64,000 nucleotides of DNA. Origin: Chara braunii (lineage: Eukaryota; Plantae; Charophyceae). Position 1 is the first letter of the stretch, and every line of letters starts with the position of its first letter. Positions 35,751 to 48,292 of the stretch are shown here, piece by piece. Under the pieces are notes generated by a model. It made no database searches and was not told where the DNA came from. It saw only the letters and a program-made list of their open reading frames with translations. Made by a program: the position numbers and the translations under genes. Where the stretch lies: the NCBI GenBank assembly GCA_003427395.1, contig BFEA01000003.1, positions 118,905 through 182,904 on the forward strand, written 5' to 3'.

Positions 35751-37726
35751 AGAATGCACGACAGAAAGTGTCAACAGCAAATGTGAAGATGCAGCAAATA
35801 ATCTATCCTACTTTGAGTAGTTCTCAATCACCAGCAAATGACAGAACTGGAAATGGTAGACTGCTACAGTTCCAGTCTATTGCCCTCTGTTAGGTATCGG
35901 CAGTCAAACACCTCAACTAATCAAAAATAAAATAAATCACTTGTCCAGATGCATGTGCGAGGATCTGGGTCCTCGGCAGGCCTAAGGGGCCCTGATACAG
36001 GTGTGCCCTAAGTGAAGGTTGGCCTAACAAATCTCGAAAGGCCCTCTGCTGTCAATGTCGTATTTGGGGTCCAGGCAGTTGTGATGTGCCAGTTGGTTGA
36101 GGGAAACACAGGCCGAGCAGCAAAGACATTCCACAGCCTTCCAGGCTTTTCCTGAAATGCAGGCCCTGGGCAAGAATTGCAGCCTCATACACAGACAGTT
36201 GGGAGGCCCAACCGAATGAGGCCCAGTAGCTGCAACAGAGACACAGCCTCCTGGGGCCTACCAGAGGCTTCTGGGCAGAGGCCCAGGCCAGCCAGGCCGC
36301 TGGTTGAGGCAGGCTCTTTCCATATAGGAAAGAGCACGCTGGCAGGTCTGGCATTCAGGCACTTGCCAGATGCTGCGGCAGAGCTGCTGGAGCGATTGCT
36401 CACGGGCTGCTTAGCGCTAAGGGCAAGGTGCTGTGCGAGTGTGGTCGCGCAGGAAGCAGGGCGCTGCTGAGGGCAGGAACATAGCCCTGCCATCCATAGC
36501 TGGATGGGCTTGGACTACAGTGAGACGCAGGGGTGGTCTGCGGGTGTACAAGGCATAGACATGGGTTAAAGTCAGGGGGGAGAGAGAAGGATGATGATGA
36601 TGAGGATGATGTGAGGGTTCATACCTGGTATTGGCGATGGTCTGCATTGGGCGACATCAAGTACTGGCTGCTGATGTCAACAGTTGTGTTGTCAATTAGT
36701 AGGCAGACAATAGCTGTGTAGGAAGTAGGCTGGGCGCAGAGCGCCAAGTAGGGAGAACGGCCTGGACACTCATGTTGGTGGTGGCGAGAGCAAGCTCTCA
36801 TTGACATTGGTTTTCAGTGTTACGATTCTTCATTGGTGTTATATTGGTGCAATTCTGCTTTCTGGATATATGGCTTTCAATGTGATTGTGCATTCTGGAT
36901 TTTGTCATCTCGCTAATGCTCATTTTCCTTGCACATGCAAAATGGAAATGAAAATAATAATAATTGAGCTCCAATTGGAGCCTTCAATTCCCCTGTATCC
37001 AACATCCTGGCTGAAAATTGATCAAGCAGCGGTGTCTGTGGTGTGCACACTGGCGTACCCGTGTGCCCACGTGATGAAGAACGAGCCAGCCCTGTCCGCA
37101 CCATTTTTGTCCTCGCGTACAGTGCGAGTCGTTTTCCGCTCCATAGTATCTTGAACGGTACACGGCAATCCCCCATAGGGCTGGCCTTCACAATACACCG
37201 TCTATGCACAGCAAGACAATGCAGCAAATCATGTGTGCTCTACTCCCATGGGTTGGCATGGTGACTGTGGCCCGTGCTTTGTCCAAGGTGCTTCAAGGCA
37301 CTGCCGTCTCCCACCAGGTGCTCCACCAGGAAGAATGTCAGCTCTCAAGGTAGAGCGCTCGTGACTCCTGAGCACAAGAGGAGTCTCCAGCATTTTCTCC
37401 CTCATGGTAAGAAACGTTAGTAACAAAGCGCATGGACATAGCTGCACCCAACCACAAATTTCGCACCAATTGAGCCAATGGGCATTTTGATGACCAGTAA
37501 AAGCCTCGGTACCACACAATACAATGCAGTGCCACCTCAGCACAAATGCCACATCAGCATGCGCTTGTTATCCCCATACACCCGCTGTCACCACTGCCTT
37601 CCATCCCACTCCCCTCTACCCGGGAGGGACTCCAATCAGTCAGCATCTAAGTATCCTTACTGCTGAGAAGCTTCGTTTCACCAAGTAACCAAGACACTAG
37701 TGCCAATATGGTGATATCTGAACCAT

Positions 37727-37737
37727 CTCTGATACCA
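37727..37737 (-). promoter_or_regulatory. Primer-binding site (tRNA-iMet) next to an LTR 3' end at 37741
   Basis: The - strand reads ...CCTTACA ATT TGGTATCAGAG. Confidence 0.65.
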
Positions 37738-38831
37738 AATTGTAAGGAAAATGAGTGAGAGGGATGGAGAGAGCCAAATTGCAATATCACGTTGTCCCAA
37801 GCAGAAGGCGTAATGCTTGGAGAAAGAAGCCAAATAAGAGCAATAGAGTGAACCCAAATGTCATTGTCAGCCTCTTCTCGCCACCATCAATGATGTATCC
37901 AATCCCCGCCCTTCTTGAAGGGCGCCCAGTGCCTTGCCTACCTCTACTCAGAATCTACTCTTGTCTACACAATGACCTGCTATAGGAATCACTTCAAGCT
38001 GAAGACCAAATGTACTTGATGAAGTCGACCATGCAGACTGCCGCATACACCAGGTATGTGCCTCTCATCTCTCTCACCTCACCCCCTTTGCTCCCACCTT
38101 ATGTCCATTTGACCAAAGGCCACCATCGCCATCACCAGGCTCTGCTGAGCATGCCCGACTATGGCTGCTCAACGCCCACAGTGCTTGCTGCGGCCTCTCA
38201 CCTCTATGCACCCGTGTGCACCCTGACGCTTGTCTCCAATGACCTCCACCTTCAAACTGGCAGCGTGGCCGCAAGATAGAGCCAACCAGAATGTGCTCCT
38301 CCTTGGGCTCTCACTTTCCTAATGGAAAGTGAGATCTGCCCTCGCGCTTTTTCTAGTCCGGCCACTTCGGGCGACCAGAAAGCCAACAGGCTGTCACGCA
38401 GGATTTTGTAGTTGTTTGCAATAAATAAATAAATTAAATAAAGCAAATCCCTTCTTGTTGTGTGCGTCCGGCTTCGAGCGAGACCCTTCAATTGCGATCT
38501 TCGTCGGTCCCCGGTCTCAGGAATCTTTTATTTTGATTCGGAACAACAGAAAATCATGCAATTGATAACCATTAAATTTTTGGTGTGTTATGCATACATT
38601 AACTTGTCAGTTTACTAATTTTGAGAACTGTGATAGAGTCGTTAAGAAATGTAATCATCAAGCATGGCAATGCAAAGAAGCAAGACTAACTGACTCAAGC
38701 AATGACAAAGTCAAATGAGGGAAGAATGAAAACTCGATGCTCACAATCTCGAGTCCTCACTCATCCCTCTGGGTCATGCTCACACTAATCTCGAGTCCTC
38801 GCTCATCCCTCTGGGTCATGCTCACAATCTC

Positions 38832-39486
38832 TCATTTAGCTGTCTGTTTCTTGTGCTTTCGGCCATGTCACCGCACTTTCTGAGATTGTGGTTTCTGTAC
38901 GTAGAGCCGCCTGAAACCTGCTAGTTCTGAGCACTTCCATCCAAGGTACATGATACGAAAATCAACCATGGCACAAAATTCCTCCCATAGTGTTGGAAGA
39001 TACGACTGAGAAAAGATCCCTCGTCTGAGATGCGGGAACTCGGATGGTTCTGTCACTGCCTCGTAGTCAACAGTAGCGGGAGAGACATACCTCTTGGCCA
39101 GATTGATCAGGTCACCCCAGTGAGAGCCGTCAGTCAGAGTAAAAGGCATTGGGGGTCTGGGATAGTCTGAGTAGAGCTTTGGTCCGAAGCTGCGGATCAG
39201 CTTAGTACAACCCTCATCAAGCTCTCTCTCTCTCTCTTCAAGATACTTGGCTGCCATAGTCCAGATTGAGTTAGAGTGCTCATGAGTCTCCTTTCCCTTT
39301 TTCACATAGTCTTAGATCATAAATGGTATCTCCTGCAAACTTGGTAAGAACAACATATATCGACAGGTCACCTTGCCTGAAGTCAATGGCGCTGACATAC
39401 TGGTACTGGAAAGCATCCTTGGAAGAAATCGTGTTGAGACTGGCCAGTACAGCCTCTTGGACCGAGAATGATTGGACTGCACTCAT
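38832..39486 (-). pseudogene. ORF D, copy 2 (frameshift near 39305, premature stop at 38868)
   Basis: MSAVQSFSVQEAVLASLN... then KKGKETHEH...KVR*HGRKHKKQTAK*, colinear with 4995-5651. Confidence 0.8.
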
Positions 39487-39883
39487 GTGCTGCTGCTGAC
39501 TGATGAAACTGAACACTTCACTCCTTATCGTGAGCTATGTCTTAATGTCTGATGGGATGGAGGGTTAACCGCTTGCTGATTGAAAGGTGATTGAATGCTG
39601 ATTGATAGGTGCTTGAACGCTGATTGATAGGTGCTTGAATGGTGATTGATTTCTCCTCTCACATCATGACAATGCCTCGTAATCCCGGTTACGGCTAGTC
39701 TCTTGAAAGTACTGAACGGTCTCTTCTACGTCTGACCCCTGAGCATTGTCGTGTGATTCCCACTTTGACAGTTTGTCTTTTTCTGTTTTACACAGTCTAC
39801 TCATGAAGTACCCCCTTCTCCTTTATAATGTCTGACTGCAAACTGATGCTGATTTTTGATGCAATCAAGAAAAGTTGAATGCT

Positions 39884-40009
39884 GATTGAGTACTGACTAG
39901 ATACTGGTTGGGTGGTGATTGGATAATGGATCACCAAACGCTAGCCGATTGAGTACTGACTAGATACTGGTTGGGTGGTGATTGGATAATGGATCACCAA
40001 ACGCTAGCC
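39884..40009. repeat. 63-bp tandem duplication upstream of ORF D, copy 2
   Basis: GATTGAGTACTGACTAG...CGCTAGCC occurs twice in tandem. Confidence 0.9.
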
Positions 40010-40306
40010 TATTGGCGCTCAAAAGGTCGAAAAAATTGCAGATCTCAGTGTGAAAAGTAATATCTGAGCCTTGACTAATCTTTTGATGAAAAATTTGGAG
40101 TAGTTCAACAATTGGGTTTTAAATTATACTTGACATTTGATTGACGTTTAAGCACCTGATTGAATGCTTTGACTCTTAAGTAGCTGGGTGTTTAGTTGGA
40201 TAACTGGTTCTCGAAGTTGCCACATGCCCTAGCCTCGCCAGTCCACCCTCTGCTGTGTACGACACGGTACTGTTAGTAACCTTTTCTCTTCTTACCCTTA
40301 CTGTTG

Positions 40307-40552
40307 TTAGCTAAAGACCTCTCGTGCCTGGTCCACCGTTTCTGCTGATGAGATGGTGCTGTGCAGTCGCCCGTCCGACTCGTAGAAGTAGACAGTGTAT
40401 GCCACGAACTTCTGATCTTTCACTATTTCTAGCACTCTCTTTCTCATCAGCCCCAAGATGTACGAAATTTCCTCAACTGCTTTCTCCTTCCAGTCATCCC
40501 TCCTGTCCAGGTGGAGGGCATAGGTCATCCTCACCTTGTCTCTGCTTTCCAT
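40307..40552 (-). CDS. ORF C, 81-aa unknown protein, copy 2
   Basis: Intact, with the same length and motifs as 3985-4230. Confidence 0.75.
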   Translation of the reverse strand: MESRDKVRMTYALHLDRRDDWKEKAVEEISYILGLMRKRVLEIVKDQKFVAYTVYFYESDGRLHSTISSAETVDQAREVFS

Positions 40553-41490
40553 GATTATCGCGCCCCTCTCATAATCTTGACTTGGGCTTGCAGGGACATG
40601 ATGGGAAGCAGAGGACCGTTAATATTTCTCATGAGATTTCGTCGGGCTGGTTTCACTTGATCACGACAGTGACTCTCAGTCGTGCACAGAATAGGCCCCA
40701 GAGTAACCAGACAAAAATACATGGATCAGGCAGATGACTGTGGAAAACAGATCTGTTGTAGTGGCCAGGAAGAAGGCTTGTTGTTTTGAAACTCAAATGG
40801 ATGTTGAAGGGGGGTTAGGGTTCTTTGTACCCCCGAATGAGGTAACGGTCGAGTAAGAGATTTCTTGCTAATTACAGGCTCTGATTGTTGTATCGTGTGC
40901 AGGGGCTATAGATGCCGATACTCAGGTAAGAGCTCGTCCGATCGGAACTTCAGCTCGGAAGCAGAGACCCTGGGCTCAGGGTGAGTCTGAACGCAAGGTA
41001 GATCCCATTACGAGGTTCATACATTTAAAGCCGTGAATCTAAGTGTGATTGAGTATTGTCGGCCCAGTCACTCATACGCCGCGTGGTATCAACCAGGGTA
41101 CCGGGGCTCAATAATCGACCCTAAGTATAGCCCACTCGTCCTACTTCAAAGACAGACCATACTCGTTACGCCACTCTAACTAAAAGTCTGACATAGTTAA
41201 AGCTCAGAGCCCGGGTCTTTCACCTAAAGACCTTGATTCCTGGCACTTGACCAGTCCGTACTCAAGTTCAGTGAAAACAGATAGGAACAAGGTCTCTGAG
41301 AAAATTGCCCTAGTGCTCACGCTGCTGGTGATTACGTAGAGGTCAACTGAGGGCAAGAGTCTCTTGAGATCAGGAAGGAGTGCACACATCGCACTCTCAC
41401 AACATAATTAAGACCCTGTTGGCTATGATGGGGAACTCATGTTACTTTTCTTTGAGTTGGAACTTGCCCCAACCTGGGCAAAATAGACAC

Positions 41491-41691
41491 TTAGTCACCA
41501 TCAAGTAGAAATTTAGCGAGGACATAAAATATTTTCCTCAGTATTGCCTTTCTTTTCCCCATCCATTCAAAAAGTCAAGGCCTAGAGCATAGCCAATGGA
41601 AATCGTCCCTGCATTCCCTTTGACATACAAGCCCACTTAGTGGGCCCGGAAGTAGACCTGCATACTTGAACGGATACCTGCTTGCAGTCAT
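41491..41691 (-). pseudogene. ORF B, copy 2 (66 codons plus stop, one internal TGA; conserved part 41491-41562)
   Basis: MTASRYPF...CSRP*LFEWMGKRKAILRKIFYVLAKFLLDGD*. A TATATAAG lies ~60 nt upstream. Confidence 0.45.
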
Positions 41692-42966
41692 CAAACTCGC
41701 AAATGCATTCAATCGCGCATTCGTCTACTCACACGGGCACTTGCAAGCTTATATAGTCATGCACTCAATTTATCTTAGGGCACAAACGAACTCATACAAC
41801 TACAAGCAAGTATTCGATCAGGTGAGTCAATGTAAGCCAACGCGTTCACACGCTCATGCAGTCTCACGGTGCAGTCACACGAAAAGGGAAGGGAAAGGTC
41901 AGAATCCTAATTGCATTTGTGGCCTCCGTCTTCACAGGGATTAAGCACACAATACAAGGATTGCATAACTCTTTGGCCTTGCCAAGTAGTCGAGTAAGCC
42001 ACTCAATGCAAGTAGTACATCAGATAGGCAAGTGTGCTCATTGGAGCGCCTTCACAGGGCTTCATGACCAGCGCCAACATTGAAGCAAGAGCTCTATAAC
42101 AACGGCCCACCTTCGCAAGTTTGCTTCTTTGATTGATTCTCTTTTAGTGATGTTGAAGGTCACGTGAAGGTGACAAAACAGTTGGTCATTGGAGCGAGTG
42201 CGCCAACCGGGTGAGTGAGATCGTCTTCAAAGATTGAGAGGCCCCTACCTCTCTGGCCCCGCGGCCCCCGACCTTTTTCCACGCGTCTTTGTAACTCAGG
42301 CATCTATTTTAGCATAGAGCCCAACGTTCGTCTTCTCGCGTGCGTCTTGCTCAGACATAGGTTGCTTTTGCTCGGATACATTGGTGTAAATGGTGAGCAC
42401 ACACAAGCCCCTCCGACTCATCCCGCTAACTCAGTTGCCTGCACTCTCGCATCTTTCTCGCATATACTTCTCCTGGCTCACTCAGTAGCTAGCTCGTGGC
42501 CGTGCGGATCATGTATGTAATGATCAGAGTAGATGCGTTGAGTCTTCCTCATCTATTAGTATAGAGCATGACGACAGTCAGAAAGGATAAAGTGTGAGGG
42601 AATCCGTTCTGCGGCATCATGAGGAAGCTGTCCGTAGAAGACCCGCTGATCCTCTCCAATTTCCTGTCGTCGTGCGCATTCTTTGGCAACTTTTAAGCCA
42701 TCAGCACCTCTAACGACTCGACTCCAGAAAGACGCGTGGCGTCAACAACGGATTATCGTGGGCTGGTTGTGCTCATGCGTCTTTCCCCTTCAGGATTTTG
42801 CCACGGCGTCTTGACAAGATGATCACTATCGTTTCTTTTGCTCTCCTTCAGGACCACGTCTAAACCGCTAGTTGACATCAACAGTAATTTTTCCCACTGT
42901 GCACGCGCACTGACTTTCTTCTTGTCCCCCTCCCCATACAACACGTGTCTCTCTCTCTCGTAACCA

Positions 42967-43470
42967 CTAGCCTCTCCCTTGAGTGTGTCGATCCCCCTGT
43001 CGCCAAGAGCTGACCTCCGGGTCGTTTTCAACTGGTCGCGCCAGAGGGTGGTTCCTGCGAACCTGATCCGGCCTGCTCCAGGACTGGAGATCAGTCTCCC
43101 GGTCACAGGCTTCACTCTCCGCCTCTGAATCACGGTCTAGGTGCCGTTGTTCGCGCTCCGCTGTGTCCGTCGAGGTCCCAATTTCCAGGTAAGAAACGGT
43201 CACTTTCAATTCGTTTGTGACCCTGTCCCTCCTGCATCTCCTCTCCGCTCGATCCTTGGCCTCTGTGATGGCCAGTTGCAACCCATGGTCTGCTCTCATC
43301 TCTTCTTCCCTTCCTCCTTCCACGTTTACCTTTAGCCGCACCTCCTGGTTACAACGATTATAGTCTAGTATAGCCGTCACTGCAGGCCCTTCCCCAAACA
43401 TTTTCTCCCACCTCCAAATGTACTGGAGGTATTTCGGCCTATAGCCATAAAGTCTGTTGCTTCGAACCAT
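42967..43470 (-). CDS. ORF A, copy 2, unknown protein
   Basis: Open from GCCATGG at 43470. Homologous to 529-1052. TATA box at 43683-43690. Confidence 0.75.
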   Translation of the reverse strand: MVRSNRLYGYRPKYLQYIWRWEKMFGEGPAVTAILDYNRCNQEVRLKVNVEGGREEEMRADHGLQLAITEAKDRAERRCRRDRVTNELKVTVSYLEIGTSTDTAEREQRHLDRDSEAESEACDRETDLQSWSRPDQVRRNHPLARPVENDPEVSSWRQGDRHTQGRG

Positions 43471-44713
43471 GGCCACCCTCGCCGAAATATTAGACAGGCA
43501 CCGACTGCTAGCTCTCGGCTAGCCGTACTCCGACACTCGGAACACGAGGCTGAGCAGTCAGACAATCCCCCGCGCATATCACGCCGCCCCAGCCCCCTCT
43601 CCTTTGGGCCTTCAAATACTCAGCGCAACAAATTTACTCAGGCTCAGAGCTGACGCGGCTGGATTGATAGACTCACCCTCCTCTTTTATAGGCTCTCATT
43701 ATTGCGATCCCCGTGCTCTAAACGGGGAACTCAGGGTAGCCCTCAGGGCTTAACTTAGCCCTCAGGGCTTAACTTATCAGTAAACTTTAAGTCCAAGAAT
43801 AATAAAATAAAATGAAAGCCGAAATTAAAATTGAAAATAAAGGAACCATCGCACAGGCGAACCTTTCATTTTTAGTCCTTGTCACTTCGTCTTACTCCGG
43901 AGTGATTGTGACCTCAAGGCATTGATCCCATAACGGGATACCAGCCATCCTTCCTCCTTTCAAAAACGCACCTTCGGACTATCCCTGACGGGTACCCGTG
44001 TCCGATGGCAAGGAGGGGGCTTATGACCTTCCATGGAGGGTGATAAGCCTCCTACCAACGCGGCCACGGGTCGCCCCTCTTTTGGGACCCTCCTGCGCAG
44101 CTGAACCGGACCGCTCAGCCACAGCGGCACGCGAGGGGCCGGACTGGTCTAGGCCACAAATCGTAACCGGGCTTCGAAATTCAAGCCGTTGGCCTCCCCG
44201 TGAAACGGAGGGCTGAAAAGACCTGAAGAGGACTGAGTAATAGTAATAATAATAATAGTAATAACAATAACAAGGATAAAAATAAAATCGAATCAAAAAG
44301 GAAAGGTCACCGCGACTCTACAACTCGAGGCCACCTATTCACCTCAGGCGAAAATAGTGAACTGTCTCGAGATACAGACTTGACACACGACTTTCCTCTT
44401 TTCTCGTTTCTCCTTTTCTCCTTTCTCCTTTGTACTTTCTTTTCCTCTGTACCTAGCCCAGATCACGACCCTCGGGCCCCAGTGAACGACCGAGTGGGTC
44501 TTGCCAGACCTGACGGTCACCTCAGCTGCAGACCCACTGCAAGGCAGGGAATGGAGCCTACGTGGTACCAACAAGGAAGTCCAGCAACCGTGTCAATCCA
44601 GTGCGGCCCTACGGACTGGTACCTGGTCTGCAGCAGAAGTATGCGGATGGCATCCTGTACACAGCAAAAAAGAAAGGGCGGTTGTCTGGAGTGCCTACCT
44701 GGTCCCATTTTGC

Positions 44714-44863
44714 CTGACAGCGACTACAGCTTCGCACATCTAACCCATAACTCGACCAAAGGGCACTCGGCGCGCAGTAGGGACCAATGGAAAGTCCTGT
44801 GGCGCACCGAGTGCCCTTTGGTCGAGTTATGGGTTAGATGTGCGAAGCTGCAGTCGCTGTCAG
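44714..44863. repeat. Near-perfect inverted repeat (62-bp arms, 26-nt loop)
   Basis: 44714-44775 pairs with 44802-44863 with 2 mismatches. Confidence 0.95.
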
Positions 44864-47339
44864 CTTCTTTTCTACTTTCGTGCCCCTGGGCGAACCAGGC
44901 GGCTACCACCGCCACAGGCTGGTAGTGCTCTGCTGTACAGCAGGGCGCTGAGCCTGAGTGGACCAATGGAAAGTCCTGTGGCGCACCCTTTTGTTGAGGG
45001 CAAGCACCAACAGGACCGGTCTGTGTCGGGGCACCTCTCCGGTATATCAGCATAGTTGTGGAGGTTCGGAAACGGCTTAATGGGCCGCGGCATCAGAGCG
45101 AGGACCTGGTATCAAGTAGGGACGCGGTACACAGAGGAGGGCCGGGACACCTCTCCCTCAAACAGCGCGCCCTGGGCCTGGCTACCGAGTTTCCAGTAGC
45201 TTCTAGTCGGGCCCCACTATCTGCGCCCACGCCCAATGCAGACAGTGGCCTGGGCCCGCAACAGTTAAGCAGCCCAACTGTGCTACGTGGCCAGCGTCAC
45301 ATGTAATTCCGTTGGCCTCTGGCCTCTGGCCACATCGCAGCCTGGATGAGCCCACAGGGCCTGGGCCTTGTAACCAAGTGGTGCGTGGCAACTGTCTGGC
45401 GGCCCCACATGCAGACATGACAAAAATAAGGCCTCATGTTAAAGTGCAGGCCCACCTTCACTTAGTGCGGCCACGAGGCTTGCTGGGGGCCCCTTTCCTG
45501 TTGGGTGTCGGGGCCTAAAAGGTCCTGCGAGGGGCTCAATCCGTGCAAAGGTAATAAAACAAAAGAAAAATGCATGGTGTTTTGTTTCTATTATTTTGGA
45601 ATGGATCTGGACTGTTTCGTAGTGTTAGACTTTGGTTATCTTTTCTGCACTTTAGGAGTAGGTAGGGCGGTAGGCCTTTGTTTTTGTCGAGTCGGAGGTT
45701 AGTTGCCCTCTCACAGTTTCCTGTCTAGGTGCAGATGCAGATAATCCGTAGATGATTGCTGCATGGTCGGTCGGATCGTCCGTAGGCAGTTGTCCTAGCA
45801 GTTTAGAAGTCTACAAGTAGGTCGGGCACAAAGGAGGTCGGGTTCTTTTTGTAAGTTTTTTTGGTTGTGGAGGCGTGCGGTCTTGGCAGAACGAGGAGTG
45901 CTGATTTTAGCGCCCGCCATCTTCATCTTCTCGTGCAGTCTGGGTGGCCATAGCTGTGGGGCCCTGACATAGGAGGAGGCAGCGCCTGGTTGGAGTTCAT
46001 CTAGGCGCTGGAGGTAACTACCTCTGCGTGTTGTTTGTGGCGGTCGAAGACAACAGCTGCTTCATTGAGCGGCTGCTGGTGGGAGGCTGCCAGATCAAGG
46101 CAGCCGTCATTCTCTCCTTCATCGAAGTTCATCTTCTTCTTCATGGTGGTTTGGCGCTGCTGATGAGGCTTCTGACCTTACACCAGATCAGCGCCTGCAG
46201 CTGCAGACACGTAGGGATTGGGGCGCTGGTAGAGTAATGCGCTATTTGTGTGTATGGGTTGCTGGAGGAAGAAGTTTCGCGGAACAGTTGCTCAAGTTCT
46301 CTTGGGGGTTAATTGAGGGTGGAGAACAATTCATGGTTGAGATTCTCAAGGGTGTACTTGATTGTTGATGGTGGAGAGCAGGGGGATGAATAACTATTGA
46401 TTGAAAACTAATTTATTTTCTCTCAATCCCATATCAGGTTTTGGCGTCTGCTGTGCAACGGCCGGAATCTGCTCTCTTCAGTCTGCCTGTCATTGCAGAT
46501 GTGTGTGGGAAGATTCGGATGCGGTCTTGGATTGTGAAATAAAGCACAAAACACTGATTCTTGAGCCTTTCTGATTCTTTCCTTTGCTTTCATCTGCACT
46601 CTACACTCCTTGCTTTCCCTTGCTTTCCTTTTGCTTGTCTTTGCTTTCTCTCCATCTCTTTCTGTGTTTATCCTCTCCCCCTTTGCCCTGCCCCTTTCTG
46701 ACAGCGGGCCATGATGGCACACGGGGATGCGGGGAGCTCGCGCTCAACTTCATCAACGTGTCGAGCCTTGTGCGTGAGAGGCACAGTCAAGCGGGAGTTC
46801 AAAATATGAATGACAAAAATGAATGGTTTCAGTGCGCTCTTCATGTTTGCCTTGTGTATTTTTATTGTTTGTTTTGCGAAGTGCGTTCTTTTAGATCGTA
46901 GATGTGGTAATGTATGGCTGTGGTGGACTAGTTCTGGAGCTGATGTGCTGAGCCTAATCTGCCCCGGTACAGTAATGGTTTCTGGCAGTCCTATGTGGGG
47001 AAATTCGGGCCTATGGTGGTCACCACTTTGGGAAAAAGGGTGCGGATATGCTATGTATTGGTAGTTTGAAAAAAGGACTGGCTGGCTGTTTTTTAGAACC
47101 CATTATAAAAGGCTGGTCATGCGCAATACTCGAGACAGTTTTGTTTGGCAGTTTCTTTTCTCAGAAGGACACTGGTTCGTCATTTGTCTTCCCCGTTTGA
47201 ATGACAAGGCGATGTCTTTCAGCCACCAGGCAGATTCGGGGGGGGTGGGACGGTTGCAATCAGACTTGTCTCGTTCGTTCTCACTTCCAACATACATACA
47301 TGCCGATGCCGATGGCAGAACAACTTCCTCAATACTGAA

Positions 47340-48292
47340 TGAGCAATAAACTTGAGATTGCACACATGTTCACACTGAAAAGTCAGAGATATGGCCTTCG
47401 GCCAGGAACCCAGCTTAAGTCAACTTGTCACGTCTAGCGGCTATGGCTGCTGAACGGTAGTCTGAATTCCCACCCGAACACTGTATTCACCATCGGACAC
47501 ACTCTCACTCACACACGCATGTACTAGGATCTACCCTGAATGTCCACGCTTCTACACACACACTCTTAAGTCAACTTGTCACGTCTAGCGGTTATGGCCG
47601 CTGAACGCTAGTCTGAATTCCCACCCGAACACTGTATTCACCATCGGACACACTACTAGGATCTACCCTGAATGTCCACACTTCTACACACACACTCTGC
47701 ACTCTATCTGTTGATGTCAGCAACCTCGCAGCAATGGCCGTCGTCGTCTTCCTCTAGCGGCTATGGCTGCTGACTTCCTCTCTAGCCCTCTTCGTCATTG
47801 GGCTGCTGCAGACCTCCGATGCACAAGTCGCACAAGCAGCGCTTCCGCATGGCTTGCGGGCGAATGAATGAATGGCTCAGCGGTGCCTCTTTATTTATAC
47901 TGTTTCGTCGGTGGTCCTTTCTGCCTTCGGTCCCAGGCCCAAGGAGTGTGCAGCCCCACCTGGTACTTGCTGACTGGGCAAGGTGAACTGGGACTGAGAC
48001 TGGGACTGGGCTGTACTTCGCTAACTCAGCTACGGACGACTGACCCCTGCAGCTCCTAAGAGCCACGTAGTAGCTTCTAGACTGGCCCTTCGCTACACTT
48101 AGGCCTAACCTACAGGACTGGCCCTAGGACTGGTGACACTACGCACACAACCCAAACATAAGTTTTAGGGGACAGGTCACGGGTTCAAGGCACACAGGGT
48201 CAATGGGTAGCTATACACGGGGTCCAGGGTTAGGTCTAGGTATGAAGCCCTGGCATCTGTATTTGTCATGCGAACTAGGTGAGAACCGTTTC
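47340..48292. repeat. Solo-LTR-like repeat related to 60718-61694 (boundaries approximate)
   Basis: Shared blocks CAGCGCTTCCGCATGGCTT..GCGAATGAATGAATGGCT..ATTTATAC and ACAGGT.ACGGGTTCAA. Internal duplication at ~47414-47697. Confidence 0.55.

Larger units (their letters stand above)
38344..44519 (-). mobile_element. Unclassified multi-ORF repeat element, copy 2; possible giant solo LTR
   Basis: Homology to 1-6139 over ~38342-44029. The boundary at 44519 is inferred from a TGACC start and CCTC at 38340-38343 and 44520-44523, and is less certain. Confidence 0.75.
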
